The notes: generated from the sequence alone by a model not told the origin. Shown: positions 1-11,159, numbered from the stretch's first letter. The stretch: DNA of 64,000 bases from an uncultured Gemmatimonadales bacterium (GCA_963730185.1 CAVSQW010000015.1:480001-544000), one strand, 5' to 3'. Made by a program: numbers and translations.

Positions 1-1
1 G

Positions 2-1390
<1,389 letters not shown>

Positions 1391-1397
1391 GCCCCGG

Positions 1398-1429
1398 CGG
1401 GGCCGGAGATGATCCGGCCCCGTTTTCTT
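1398..1429 (+). terminator. Intrinsic terminator after secA
   Basis: Stem CGGGGCCGGA (1398-1407) / TCCGGCCCCG (1413-1422) followed by TTTTCTT. Confidence 0.8.
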
Positions 1430-1477
1430 GTCACCCCGGGGCGGTGTCACGACACCCGGGTTCACCGGTTCGGGGCC

Positions 1478-1483
1478 TACTTT
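1478..1483 (+). promoter_or_regulatory. Putative -10 element (TACTTT) 6 nt upstream of radC ATG; leaderless promoter candidate
   Basis: TACTTT-gggcgg-ATG; same spacing recurs at uvrB, the acyl-CoA ligase and alaS. Confidence 0.55.
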
Positions 1484-1489
1484 GGGCGG

Positions 1490-2176
1490 ATGACCCCGCC
1501 CGTGCGTTCCCTTGCCGCCGAAGTCGACCGGCCCCGCGAGCGCCTCTGGCGCGAGGGGGCCGCCTCATTGACTGCCGCCGAGCTGCTCGCCATTCTGATA
1601 GGAACCGGCACGACTCGGCAGGGGGCGCTCCAAGTGGCGTCCTCCCTTGCCGATACGGCCGGGGGATCGCTCCGGCGGCTGGCCCGGCGGAGCCCCGCCG
1701 AGCTGATGCGGACGGGTGGGATCGGGCGGGCCAAGGCCAGTCGGGTGGTCGCCGCGCTCGAGCTCGGGTACCGGATGGCCCGGGAGGCCCGACCGGCCTC
1801 GAGCCGGATCCGCTGTCCCGAAGACGCGGTGCGGGCGGTGAGCGATCGACTGCGGGACCTCGAGGTCGAGGAATTCCACATCCTCGCCCTGAGCAGCCAA
1901 CACGACCTGCTCAAAGCGGTCCTGGTGACCCGCGGCGTCCTGGACGGCTCGCTGGTGCATCCGCGGGAAGTGTTCCGGGCCGCCATGGCGGAAGCGGCCG
2001 CGGGGATCATCCTGATTCACAACCACCCGAGTGGCGATCCCACGCCCTCGGCGGAGGATCGGGCGGTTACCCGGCAGCTGGTCGCCGCGGGTGAGGTCGT
2101 GGGGATTCCGGTGCTCGACCACGTGATCGTGGCCGGCGACCGGTGGACGAGTTTCGCGACGCAGGGGTTTCTGTGA
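1490..2176 (+). CDS. radC: RadC family JAB/MPN domain protein
   Basis: RPRERL N-terminus, ELLAILIGTG, VHPREVF, HNHPSGDPTPSAED, LDHVIV. Confidence 0.95.
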   Translation: MTPPVRSLAAEVDRPRERLWREGAASLTAAELLAILIGTGTTRQGALQVASSLADTAGGSLRRLARRSPAELMRTGGIGRAKASRVVAALELGYRMAREARPASSRIRCPEDAVRAVSDRLRDLEVEEFHILALSSQHDLLKAVLVTRGVLDGSLVHPREVFRAAMAEAAAGIILIHNHPSGDPTPSAEDRAVTRQLVAAGEVVGIPVLDHVIVAGDRWTSFATQGFL

Positions 2177-4329
2177 CCGAGGCGGTGGTCGACAAGGCAG
2201 GCGAGTTCCGGGCGGCGGTCGAGCGACACGCCGACCGGCTCGATCTCGACTTGATCGATCGGGCGCTCCGCTTCTCCAGCTCGGCCCACCGGGGCCAAAA
2301 GCGGATGTCCGGCGAGGAGTTCGTCTCCCACTCGATCGCGGTCGCCACCATCCTGGTCGGCCAGCTCCTCGACTCCACCTCGATCGCGGCAGCCCTCCTC
2401 CACGACGTCGTGGAAGACTCGGAGGTCAGCGTCGACGACATCTCGGCCGAGTTCGGCACCGAGGTGGCCGAGCTGGTCGACGGCCTCACCAAGATCTCCC
2501 ACCTGACCTTCCGCTCCCGGGCCGACGAGCAGGTCGAGAACTACCGGAAGCTCCTGATCTCGATCGCCCGGGACGCCCGCGTCATCATCATCAAGCTGGC
2601 CGACCGGCTCCACAACATGCGGACCCTGGAGCACCTGCCGGCCGAGCGGCGGGCCCGGATCGCGACCGAGACCCGCGAGATCTATGCCCCCTTGGCCCAC
2701 CGGTTCGGGATGGCACGGGTCAAAGCCGAGCTCGAGGACCTGGCCTTCAAGTTCCTGGAGCCCGAGGAGTACTCCTCGCTGGCCCGCCAGGTCGCGTCCA
2801 AGCGGGCGGAGCGGGAGTCCATGGTCGAGGCCCTCAGGCAGCCGCTCGACGAGGAGCTCCGGCGGAGCGGGATCAAGGAGTTCGAGGTCACCGGCCGGCC
2901 CAAGCACCTCTGGTCGATCTACCAGAAGATGAAGAAACGGGGCACCCCGTTCGACGAGGTGTACGACATGATGGCGCTCCGGGTTACGGTCGCCACCGTC
3001 CCCGAGTGCTATCACGTCCTCGGCGTGCTGCACCATACCTGGACGCCGCTCCAGGAGCGGATCAAGGACTACATCGCCAGCCCGAAATCGAACGGCTACC
3101 AGTCCCTCCACACCACGATCTTCGGTCCCAACGGCCAGCTCTACGAGGTTCAGATCCGGACCCACGAGATGCACCGGACCGCGGAGTACGGCATCGCGGC
3201 TCACTGGCTCTACAAGGACGACCGGCCCAAGCGCGACGAGCTCGACGAGCACTTCGAGTGGTTCCGCCAGCTGCTCGAGCTCCAGCAGGACGCCCACAGT
3301 CAGGAAGAATTCCTCGAGTTCCTGAAACTCGATCTCTACCAGGACGAGATCTTCGTCTTCACCCCGGAAGGCGACGTCAAGCAGCTGCCCAAGGGTGCCA
3401 CCGCGATCGACTTCGCGTTCCACGTGCACACCGAGGTCGGTCTCCACTGCCAGGGCTCCAAGATCAACGGCCGGATCGCGCCCCTCCACCGGGAGATCAA
3501 GAACGGCGACACGGTCGAGATCCTCACTTCGCCCAACGCCAAGCCGAGCCGGGACTGGCTGAGCCACGTGCGGACCGGCCGGGCCCGCCAGAAGATCAAG
3601 CAGTGGATCCGGCACGAGGAAGAGACCCTCAGCGTGGGCCTCGGCAGCGACATCCTGGCTCGGGAGATCCGGCGGCGGCGGCTCACCATGCCCGACGGCG
3701 CCCAGCTGGAGCAGGCCGGGAAGACCCTCGGCCTGGCCGACGGCAAAGCCCTGGAGACCGCGATCGGCCGGGGCGACCTGGCGATCGGCCAGGTCATGCG
3801 GGCCCTGTTCCCGGCCTTGACCGAGGAGGACCTCCGGGAGCCCAAGCCGACCGTATTCGGCCGGATGCTCAACCGGATCCGCCTGGGGCGGGGGATCCGG
3901 ATCCAGGGTATCGACGGGATGCTGGTTCGCTACGCCCAGTGCTGCCAGCCCGTGCCCGGCGACCCGGTGGTGGGCTACGTGACCCAGGGGCGGGGCATCT
4001 CGATCCACCGGGCCGACTGCCCCAACCTGCTCAACCTGAAAGAGGGCGACCGGCGGGTCGAGATCGACTGGCAGGAGCAGGAGGGCGAGTCGTACGCCGT
4101 CCGGCTGGTGGTGAGTGCCCTGGACCGGCGGGGGCTCTACGCCGACATCCTCCAGGCCATCAGCGAAACCGGCACCAACATCCGGCGGGCCGACCTCCAC
4201 ACCAAGGACGGCGGGGCCTTCGGGACCGTCTTCGTGGAGGTGGAGAACCTGCCCCACCTGGCCAAGGTGCTCAAGGCCGTCCGGCGGGTGAAGGGGGTGC
4301 AGACGGTGGATCGGAGGGAGGTCGGATAG
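2173..4329 (+). CDS. relA: Bifunctional (p)ppGpp synthetase/hydrolase (long RSH: HD, SYNTH, TGS, ACT)
   Basis: AALLHDVVED hydrolase motif, KLADRLHNMRT, KDYIASPKSNGYQSLHT, EVQIRT, TGS domain, CCQPVPGD; GTG start overlaps the radC stop (GTGA). Confidence 0.95.
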   Translation: MTEAVVDKAGEFRAAVERHADRLDLDLIDRALRFSSSAHRGQKRMSGEEFVSHSIAVATILVGQLLDSTSIAAALLHDVVEDSEVSVDDISAEFGTEVAELVDGLTKISHLTFRSRADEQVENYRKLLISIARDARVIIIKLADRLHNMRTLEHLPAERRARIATETREIYAPLAHRFGMARVKAELEDLAFKFLEPEEYSSLARQVASKRAERESMVEALRQPLDEELRRSGIKEFEVTGRPKHLWSIYQKMKKRGTPFDEVYDMMALRVTVATVPECYHVLGVLHHTWTPLQERIKDYIASPKSNGYQSLHTTIFGPNGQLYEVQIRTHEMHRTAEYGIAAHWLYKDDRPKRDELDEHFEWFRQLLELQQDAHSQEEFLEFLKLDLYQDEIFVFTPEGDVKQLPKGATAIDFAFHVHTEVGLHCQGSKINGRIAPLHREIKNGDTVEILTSPNAKPSRDWLSHVRTGRARQKIKQWIRHEEETLSVGLGSDILAREIRRRRLTMPDGAQLEQAGKTLGLADGKALETAIGRGDLAIGQVMRALFPALTEEDLREPKPTVFGRMLNRIRLGRGIRIQGIDGMLVRYAQCCQPVPGDPVVGYVTQGRGISIHRADCPNLLNLKEGDRRVEIDWQEQEGESYAVRLVVSALDRRGLYADILQAISETGTNIRRADLHTKDGGAFGTVFVEVENLPHLAKVLKAVRRVKGVQTVDRREVG

Positions 4330-4388
4330 GGAGTCGGGAATTGGGAGTCGGGAGTAGGGAGGGAGTAGGCGGTAGGGAGTAGGCGGAA
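4329..4388 (+). repeat. G-rich heptamer tandem repeat (left arm), consensus GGGAGTM
   Basis: GGGAGTC GGGAATT GGGAGTC GGGAGTA GGGA GGGAGTA GGCGGTA GGGAGTA GGCGGAA, starting in the relA stop codon. Confidence 0.9.
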
Positions 4389-4478
4389 CGGTGGCGGGGC
4401 GGGGTTTGGGTACGGGGGGTGGAAAAATGGTTGGGGGAGGGGGTGTTGGCGGGTTAGCTTGAACGCCCTCGGACTGGA

Positions 4479-4895
4479 GTGACCGTGCCGAAGCCGACCG
4501 TCGTTCGAACCCATCGGGATCTCGTGGTCTGGCAGAAGAGCCTCGACCTCGCGGTCGAGGTCCATGCCTTGGCGGCCGCGCTCCCGCCCGACGAGCGGTA
4601 CGGGCTTCAGGAGCAGCTCCGGCGGGCAGCGGCGTCGATCCCGGCGAACATCGCCGAGGGGGCGGCGCGAGCCCACACCCGCGAGTACCTTCAGGCCCTT
4701 CAGATCGCGCGAGCCTCGGCCGCGGAGCTGGATAGCCATCTGGCCTTGGCCGAACGCCTCGGCTACCTGCCGCGTGGCTCCGTGGCCGACCTGACGCTGC
4801 TGCCCGAGGTGGGGCGCTTGCTCACCGGTCTGATCCAAGCGCTCCGAGCCCGGCAGGAGCGGCGGACCGTGCGCGGGTCCGCCGCCCGACCCTGA
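4479..4895 (+). CDS. Four-helix-bundle protein (23S rRNA intervening-sequence protein / Avd-like family)
   Basis: HRDLVVWQKS...PPDERYGLQEQLRRAAASIPANIAEG...IARASAAEL family signature; start may be GTG 4485 (GGAG at 4476-4479). Confidence 0.9.
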   Translation: MTVPKPTVVRTHRDLVVWQKSLDLAVEVHALAAALPPDERYGLQEQLRRAAASIPANIAEGAARAHTREYLQALQIARASAAELDSHLALAERLGYLPRGSVADLTLLPEVGRLLTGLIQALRARQERRTVRGSAARP

Positions 4896-4911
4896 ACCAG
4901 AATTGCCGCCG

Positions 4912-4962
4912 CCCCACTACTCACCACTCCCTACTCACCACTCCCTACTCCGAGTCCCTATC
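4912..4962 (+). repeat. C-rich heptamer repeat (right arm 1), reverse complement of the left-arm family
   Basis: TCACCAC TCCCTAC TCACCAC TCCCTAC then CCGAGTCCCTATC (4950-4962), ending exactly at the EVE ATG. Confidence 0.85.
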
Positions 4963-5364
4963 ATGCGCTGGTTGCTCAAGACCGAGCCCACCACCTTCAG
5001 TTACGCCGACCTGGTTCGCGAGAAGCGTTCCGTCTGGGACGGCGTCGCCAACCCGGTCGCGCTGAAGCACCTCCGCGCCATGCAGGCCGCCGACGAGGTC
5101 TTCATCTACCACACCGGCAAGGAGAAGGCTGTCGTCGGAATCGCCAAGGTCGTCAAGGGCGCCTATCCCGACCCCAAGGCCGGCGATCCCAAGCTGGTCG
5201 TCGTCGACCTGGTGCCCGTTCGGCCCCTCGAGGGCCCGGTCACCCTCGCCGCCATCAAGGCCGATCCCCGCTTCGCCGGGTGGGAACTGGTCCGGCTGCC
5301 CCGGCTCTCGGTGATGCCGGTGAGCGACGACCAATGGAAGTGGATCACCGCCATGGGTCTCTGA
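4963..5364 (+). CDS. EVE domain protein (PUA-like)
   Basis: [37 protein letters not shown]. Confidence 0.92.
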   Translation: MRWLLKTEPTTFSYADLVREKRSVWDGVANPVALKHLRAMQAADEVFIYHTGKEKAVVGIAKVVKGAYPDPKAGDPKLVVVDLVPVRPLEGPVTLAAIKADPRFAGWELVRLPRLSVMPVSDDQWKWITAMGL

Positions 5365-5440
5365 CCCGGCCGCGCCCTCCCGGGGGGCCCGAATGCTCCC
5401 CGCCTCGGGCACCCGCAAGGCCGCCGTCCACACCGGAAGC

Positions 5441-5571
5441 CCCCACTCCAAAGTCCTCCCACTCTCCACCCCCAACGCGCTCCCTCCCACCTCCCCCTCC
5501 GCCCTCCTCCCTCCCACCTCCGACCCCCTCCCTCCCTCCCTCCCTCCCTCCCGCTCCTCCTTCCTCCCCCC
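5441..5571 (+). repeat. Polypyrimidine tract including a (CCCT)n run
   Basis: About 130 nt that are mostly C/T, with a pure (CCCT)n run near 5526-5552. Confidence 0.8.
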
Positions 5572-5624
5572 TACTGCCAACTCCCAACTCACTCCCTACT
5601 CCCTACTCCCAACTCTCTACTCAC
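5572..5624 (+). repeat. C-rich heptamer repeat (right arm 2)
   Basis: TACTGCC AACTCCC AACTCAC TCCC TACTCCC TACTCCC AACTCTC TACTCAC; its reverse complement is in register with 4329-4381. Confidence 0.85.
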
Positions 5625-5642
5625 CATCCTCCCCTCTAGCCC

Positions 5643-5665
5643 CCGAACAAAGGCCGATATACTTT
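5643..5665 (+). promoter_or_regulatory. Candidate operator CCGAACAAAGGCCGATA abutting -10 TACTTT of uvrB
   Basis: 13/17 match to the reverse complement of a site upstream of recA; TACTTT-N6-ATG. Confidence 0.5.
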
Positions 5666-5671
5666 CCGGCC

Positions 5672-7723
5672 ATGTCGCGATTCGAAGTCGAAGCTCCGTT
5701 CGCTCCCGCCGGTGACCAGCCCCAGGCCATCTCCGCCCTGGTCGACAGCCTGACCCGCGGCCACAAGCACCAGACCCTGCTCGGCGTGACCGGCTCGGGC
5801 AAGACGATGACCCTCGCCCACGTCATCGCGCACTACGGGAAGCCCACGCTGGTCATGTCGCACAACAAGACCCTCGCCGCGCAGCTCTACGGCGAGCTCA
5901 AGCAGTTCCTGCCTCGGAACGCGGTCGAGTACTTCGTCTCGTACTACGACTACTACCAGCCCGAGGCCTACGTCCCGGCCACCGACCTCTACATCGAGAA
6001 GGACGCCTCGATCAACGAGGACATCGAGTCGCTCCGGCTCCGGGCCACGTCGAGTCTCATGGAACGGGAAGACGTGGTGATCGTCGCGACGGTCAGCGCC
6101 ATCTACGGCCTGGGCGACCCGATCACCTATCGGAGCAACATGTTCTCGCTCCGGGTGGGCGAAGAGAAGGGGCGGGATCAGATTCTCGCCGACCTGGTCG
6201 CGGTCCAGTACACCCGGAACGACGTCTCGTTCGGTCCCGGCACCTTCCGGGTCAGGGGCGACACCGTCGAGATCTATCCGGCCTACGACGAGCAGGCCGT
6301 GCGGGTCGAGCTCTGGGGCGACACCATCGAGCGGATCTCCAAGGTCCATCCGACCACGGGTACGACCATCAGCCAGCTGGCGCAGTGCGCCATCTACCCG
6401 GCCACCCACTACGTCACCGAGCGGCCGGCGGTGGAGCGCGCCGTCCGGGCCATCCGGGCGGAGCTGGCGGAGCGGTTGCTCGAGTTCCGGACCGCCGGGC
6501 GGCTGCTCGAGGCGCAGCGTCTCGAGTCGCGGACCAACTTCGACATCGACATGCTGCTCGAGATCGGGACCTGTCCCGGGATCGAGAACTACTCCCGGCA
6601 CCTGAGCGAGCGGCGCCCGGGCGACCGGCCGGCCTGCCTGTTCGACTACTTTCCGGCCGATTTCCTGGTGGTGGTGGACGAGTCGCACGTGACCCTGCCG
6701 CAGATCGGCGGGATGTCCAACGGCGATCGGGCCCGGAAGGAGACGCTGGTCGAGTACGGCTTCCGGTTGCCGTCGGCGCTCGACAACCGCCCGCTCCGTT
6801 TCGACGAGTTCGAGCGGCTGGTGCCCCAGTTGCTCACCGTGTCCGCCACCCCTGGCGAATACGAGCTCGGGCTCTCGGGGCCGAACGTGGTGGAGCAGAT
6901 CATCCGACCGACCTTCCTGGTCGACCCGCAGGTCGAGATCCGGCCGGTGAAGGGGCAAGTCGACGATCTGTTGGGTGAGATTCGGGAGCGGGTGATCCGC
7001 CATGACCGGGTGCTGGTGACCACGCTCACCAAGCGGATGTCGGAAGACCTGACCGATTACCTCCAACAAGTCGGGATCCGGGTGCGCTATCTCCACTCCG
7101 ACATCGACGCCATCGAGCGGATGGAGATCCTTCGGGGACTCCGGCTGGGCGACTTCGACGTGCTGGTGGGCATCAACCTGCTCCGCGAAGGGCTCGACCT
7201 GCCCGAGGTGTCGCTGGTGGCGATCCTCGACGCCGACCAGGAGGGTTTCCTCCGGAGCGATCGCTCGCTGATCCAGACCGTCGGCCGCGCCGCCCGGCAC
7301 GTGAACGGCCTCGGGATCCTCTACGCGGACCGAGTGACCGGGTCCATGCGCCGAGCCCTCGACGAGATGGACCGGCGCCGGACGATCCAGCTCGCCTACA
7401 ACGAGACCCACGGTCTGACGCCCACCTCGATCGTCAAGTCGACCGAGGAGGTCCGGCTCACCACCCACGTGGCCGATGCCCGGACCGAGAAGCCCACCCG
7501 TGAGAAGCGGACGCTGTTCGACGATCTTCGCGACCCGGCCCGGCGAGCGGCCGCGATGCAGGCCCTGGAGCAGCAGATGCGCGAGGCGGCGGCCAACCTG
7601 GAGTTCGAACTGGCCGCCATGCTCCGCGACCAGCTCAACGAGCTCCGGGCCCTGGATTCCGGGAACGTCGCCCGGCCGACGGCCGGACCGCCCCGGCGCC
7701 GGGCCCGGTCGGGGAGTCGTTAG
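5672..7723 (+). CDS. uvrB: Excinuclease ABC subunit B
   Basis: [47 protein letters not shown]-terminal UVR domain. Confidence 0.98.
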   Translation: MSRFEVEAPFAPAGDQPQAISALVDSLTRGHKHQTLLGVTGSGKTMTLAHVIAHYGKPTLVMSHNKTLAAQLYGELKQFLPRNAVEYFVSYYDYYQPEAYVPATDLYIEKDASINEDIESLRLRATSSLMEREDVVIVATVSAIYGLGDPITYRSNMFSLRVGEEKGRDQILADLVAVQYTRNDVSFGPGTFRVRGDTVEIYPAYDEQAVRVELWGDTIERISKVHPTTGTTISQLAQCAIYPATHYVTERPAVERAVRAIRAELAERLLEFRTAGRLLEAQRLESRTNFDIDMLLEIGTCPGIENYSRHLSERRPGDRPACLFDYFPADFLVVVDESHVTLPQIGGMSNGDRARKETLVEYGFRLPSALDNRPLRFDEFERLVPQLLTVSATPGEYELGLSGPNVVEQIIRPTFLVDPQVEIRPVKGQVDDLLGEIRERVIRHDRVLVTTLTKRMSEDLTDYLQQVGIRVRYLHSDIDAIERMEILRGLRLGDFDVLVGINLLREGLDLPEVSLVAILDADQEGFLRSDRSLIQTVGRAARHVNGLGILYADRVTGSMRRALDEMDRRRTIQLAYNETHGLTPTSIVKSTEEVRLTTHVADARTEKPTREKRTLFDDLRDPARRAAAMQALEQQMREAAANLEFELAAMLRDQLNELRALDSGNVARPTAGPPRRRARSGSR

Positions 7724-7756
7724 GTGCCTCGCCGATCCGATCTTGGGGCAACCCCG

Positions 7757-8169
7757 GTGCATCGGACGCTGACCGAGGCCGAGCTGGTGGCCTGGGGTGA
7801 GGCGCTGGGCCGGGATCTTCCCCCGGACAGGTCCTCTGGCTCCAGGGCGACCTCGGCGCCGGCAAGACCACCTTGGTGCAGGCCATCGCCCGGGCCCTCG
7901 GCGTGGCTCACCCCGCCACCAGCCCCACCTACGACCTGGTCCACCGGTACGAGGCGCCCCGAGGGCCGATCTATCACGTGGATTGCTACCGGCTTCGCCG
8001 CCCCGACGACGCGGCTGACCTCGACTGGGAGACCCTCGCGAGCGGAGACCTGCTGCTGGTGGAGTGGCCGGAGCGGGCGGAGGCCTGGGCCCCGCCGCCC
8101 ACCCGCCGGATCGGCTTGGCCCACGCCGACGACCCCGACGTCCGGATCCTGACCACGGAGGCACCGTGA
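7757..8169 (+). CDS. tsaE: tRNA t6A biosynthesis ATPase TsaE; frameshift near 7820-7826 (C-run, probable sequencing error)
   Basis: After the shift reads QVLWLQGDLGAGKTT; also SPTY, YHVDCYRL, LVEWPER. Confidence 0.9.
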
Positions 8170-8891
8170 CCGCGCTCCTCGCCATCGACTCCGCATCGGC
8201 CCGGCTGTCGATCGCGGTGCGGGGGCCGGACGGCACGCTCGCGGAGCGGGAGCTGGTCGGAGCGCGCCGGCACGCGGGCCGGCTCGGCCCGCTGGTGGTC
8301 GAGGCGTTGGCCGAGGTCGGCGCCGATCTCGGCCAGCTCGAGGGCGTGGTGGTGAGCGACGGGCCGGGGAGCTTCACCGGACTGAGGGTCACCGCGGCCT
8401 TCGCCAAGGGGCTGGCCCGGACTCGAGGGCTCCCACTCTGGACCGCGTCGACCCTGCTGGTCCGCGCCGTCGGCGCGCCCGGCGCCAGCGGGGGCGGGCT
8501 CGTCGCCGGCGTGGGATCGGCCCTCCGGGGCGAGCTGTACGTCGGGGTCTACCGGGTTATGGGCGAGGCGGTCGAGACCCTCCTCGCGCCGAGGGTGACC
8601 GGCCCCGCGGCGGCGCTCCCCGGCATCGGCGCGGTCGACCTGGTGGTCGGGGACCTCGAGCCGGACCAGCTGGAGGCGTTTCCTTGGGCCCGGACCGCCC
8701 GCCGCATCGGCCCGCCGGCCGGGCTTCCCAGCGGCCGGGTGCTGCTCGGATTGGTGGGCCTGCTGGGCGGGGCGCGGCCGATTGCCGAGCCGGCCGGGTG
8801 GGAGCCCACCTACGGCCGGCCGGCCGAGGCCCAGGCCAAGTGGGAGAGGGAGCATGGACGACCGCTGGTCGTTCCGTCCCGCGACGGCTGA
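8166..8891 (+). CDS. tsaB: tRNA t6A biosynthesis protein TsaB
   Basis: LLAIDSA N-terminus, GPGSFTGLRV, EPTYGR; GTGA overlap with tsaE. Confidence 0.93.
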   Translation: MTALLAIDSASARLSIAVRGPDGTLAERELVGARRHAGRLGPLVVEALAEVGADLGQLEGVVVSDGPGSFTGLRVTAAFAKGLARTRGLPLWTASTLLVRAVGAPGASGGGLVAGVGSALRGELYVGVYRVMGEAVETLLAPRVTGPAAALPGIGAVDLVVGDLEPDQLEAFPWARTARRIGPPAGLPSGRVLLGLVGLLGGARPIAEPAGWEPTYGRPAEAQAKWEREHGRPLVVPSRDG

Positions 8892-9321
8892 CGACGCGGC
8901 CCTCGTCGCCGGGGGAGAGCAGGCCTGTTTCGCCGATCCCTGGCAGGAAGACGGGATCCGTGAAATGTTGCAGGAAGAAACGGTGATCGGGGTTCTGGTC
9001 GACGATCCGAGGGCGAAATCACGCCTTGCAGGATACCTCCTGGCCCGGACGATCGCGGGGGAGGGTGAGGTGCTGACGTTGGGGGTCCATCCGGAGTACC
9101 GTCGGGGCGGCCTGGGTCGGGCGCTCCTGGCGGCGGGTATCGCCCGGATGGTGGCGGCCGGCGCCCGGGTGGTGTTTCTCGAGGTCAGGGAATCGAACCG
9201 AGCGGCGCGGGCACTGTACGAATCGGCCGGGTTCCGCCCGGCGGGTGTCCGCCCCCACTACTATCGTCGTCCGCGCGAGAACGCGCTGGTGCTTCGGTGG
9301 GCCGCCGACGCCCTGGCGTAA
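8854..9321 (+). CDS. rimI: Ribosomal protein S18-alanine N-acetyltransferase (GNAT)
   Basis: FADPW, VHPEYRRGGLG, LEVRESN, YESAGF, RPHYY..PRENA; typical tsaB-rimI synteny. Confidence 0.88.
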   Translation: MDDRWSFRPATADDAALVAGGEQACFADPWQEDGIREMLQEETVIGVLVDDPRAKSRLAGYLLARTIAGEGEVLTLGVHPEYRRGGLGRALLAAGIARMVAAGARVVFLEVRESNRAARALYESAGFRPAGVRPHYYRRPRENALVLRWAADALA

Positions 9322-9427
9322 AACCGGTCCACGTTAGCGTATCTTTGGTTGACCTAACAACTTAGCGGTCCTATAGTTTGGCTGGGTCAGCCGCAAACTC
9401 GACCGTCAGTGTCACCTGGAGGAGTCC

Positions 9428-9907
9428 ATGAGCCGCAGCCTGAACAAAGCCACCCTGATTGGCAACCTCGGTGCCGATCCGGAAGTCCGCAGCACCTCGA
9501 ACGGCGGGCGGGTAGCGACCCTGTCCGTGGCCACGAGCCGCCGGTGGCGCAATCAGTCGGGGGAAATGCAGGAAAAGACCGAGTGGCATCGGGTTGTGCT
9601 CTGGAACAACAAGGGCTCAAATCTTGCTGACGTGGCCGAACGCTATTGCAAGAAGGGCGACAAGGTCTACGTCGAGGGCAGCATCGAATACCGGAGTTGG
9701 CAGGATCGCGAGGGCCAGACGCGGTACACCACCGAGATCTCGGCCCGCGAGTTGATCATGCTGTCCGGTCGGGGTGGCTCAGACGGAGGCGAGTCGTATT
9801 CGCCGTCGAAGGCGACGGCCGGGGCGCCGGTGGCGCCGCCGAAGGACCAGTCCTTCGAAGACTTCCCGGAGGCACTCGATGCTGAGGATGACGATCTGCC
9901 GTTCTAG
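9428..9907 (+). CDS. ssb: Single-stranded DNA-binding protein
   Basis: [25 protein letters not shown]-terminal DDDLPF; SD GGAGGAG. Confidence 0.98.
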   Translation: MSRSLNKATLIGNLGADPEVRSTSNGGRVATLSVATSRRWRNQSGEMQEKTEWHRVVLWNNKGSNLADVAERYCKKGDKVYVEGSIEYRSWQDREGQTRYTTEISARELIMLSGRGGSDGGESYSPSKATAGAPVAPPKDQSFEDFPEALDAEDDDLPF

Positions 9908-11096
9908 AGTGTTCGTCGCCGTTTTGGCTTTGGCTGCGGTCGTCGGCCCGTTGTCGACGGCCTCGGCCCAGGCGGCGGCGAAGCCCCAGACCTACACGGT
10001 CAAGCGGGGCGACACGCTGATGTCGATCGCTCGGGAGATGTACGGCGATGCGGCGCGCTGGCAGGAGATCTTCAAGGCGAATTCCGGCCATCTCTCCGAT
10101 CCGCAGAAGATCTATCCCGGCATGGTGCTGACGCTTCCGGCGGCAGGTGGCGCCGCCGCGGCCCCGGCCAAGCCGGCCGAGGAGCCCAAGGCCGCCCCGG
10201 CCCGAGCCGAGCCGCCCAAGGCCCAACCGTCCCGGCAGGAGCCGCCGCGTCGCGAGATCCAGACGCCGCAGCCTCAGCCCGAGCGTCCGGCGATCGTGAT
10301 CCAGGAACCCGAACAGCGGCCCGAGCCGGCTCACGACTCGCTGTTCGTTCGGAGGCGTGGCGTTGACGCCTATACGGCCCTGCGGACCTACCGCGAGCAG
10401 CCGTACCGGCCGCTCCGGCCGGGCGAGTTCTTCAGTGCGGGGTTTCTCACCGAGGACCAGACGCTGCCGTTCGGCCGGGTGCTGGGCGCCGTGACTCCCG
10501 AGCAGATCCGCAACCTGACCGAGCGCGGCACCGTGATGCTCGGAACCACGATCGCCATTCGGCCGCCCGAGGGCGCCCAGTACGCGGTCAACGACTCCCT
10601 GATGATCTGTGAGACTTTCCAGGGTCCCAAGGGCTATGGCGACATCGTCTACCCCACCGGCATGGCCCGGGTCACCGGCCAGAACGACGGTCAGGCGATC
10701 GCGATCGTCGTGTCGGTGTACGGCGCCATCCGGAACGGCCAGTTCGCCCTGCCGGCGGAGAAGTTCGTCCCCGGCGGCAACTCGCGGGCGCAGCCCGTCA
10801 CCAACGGGGTCACCGGCACCATCCTCGGTCAGCGCGAGCCGCGGGAGCTCAAGCACCCGCAGGACTTCATCTTCATCAGCGTCGGCAAGGCCGACGGGGT
10901 GGCGCGAGGCGACATCTTCGAGGTACGTCGGGACGCGCATGCCCGGGTGGGCGCGGCCGACACCATGGACGAGCTGATGGCCACCCTTCAGGTGGTCCAT
11001 GTCCGGGATCATTCGTCGACCGCCAAGATCATCAACGTCGTGTCGCCGGACATCGCCCCCGGAACCCGGGTGGTGCAGGTGGCCAAGCTGCCCTGA
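9888..11096 (+). CDS. Secreted LysM peptidoglycan-binding protein with Pro/Ala linker (start uncertain: 9879, 9888 or 9909)
   Basis: Signal peptide ending ASA-Q; Lys[14 protein letters not shown]...WQEIFKAN...IYPGMVL. Confidence 0.85.
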   Translation: MTICRSRVFVAVLALAAVVGPLSTASAQAAAKPQTYTVKRGDTLMSIAREMYGDAARWQEIFKANSGHLSDPQKIYPGMVLTLPAAGGAAAAPAKPAEEPKAAPARAEPPKAQPSRQEPPRREIQTPQPQPERPAIVIQEPEQRPEPAHDSLFVRRRGVDAYTALRTYREQPYRPLRPGEFFSAGFLTEDQTLPFGRVLGAVTPEQIRNLTERGTVMLGTTIAIRPPEGAQYAVNDSLMICETFQGPKGYGDIVYPTGMARVTGQNDGQAIAIVVSVYGAIRNGQFALPAEKFVPGGNSRAQPVTNGVTGTILGQREPRELKHPQDFIFISVGKADGVARGDIFEVRRDAHARVGAADTMDELMATLQVVHVRDHSSTAKIINVVSPDIAPGTRVVQVAKLP

Positions 11097-11127
11097 TCGG
11101 GCTGCCGGGTGCGGGGAATCAGTCAAG

Positions 11128-11159
11128 CGAGGCCGGGGGCGACCCGGCCTCGTCGTTTT
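11128..11159 (+). terminator. Intrinsic terminator
   Basis: CGAGGCCGGG / CCCGGCCTCG stem followed by TCGTTTT. Confidence 0.65.

Noticed and set aside
1461..1475. GTTC-N4-GTTC upstream of radC as a third SOS-like site
   Set aside because: The spacing differs from the 11-bp period of the uvrB and recA motif, so it is too weak to call.
1490..2176. radC as a marker of a mobile element
   Set aside because: It is the long chromosomal form, coupled to relA, with no integrase or conjugation genes nearby.
4479..4895. Diversity-generating retroelement (Avd-like gene)
   Set aside because: No reverse transcriptase and no TR/VR pair with adenine-specific mismatches was seen in the window.
4903..4962. 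N-terminal extensions of EVE (from 4903) and UvrB (from 5393) and the small ORF 36407-36718
   Set aside because: They are translations of the C-rich repeat arms (HSPLPT-like low complexity) and not credible protein sequence.
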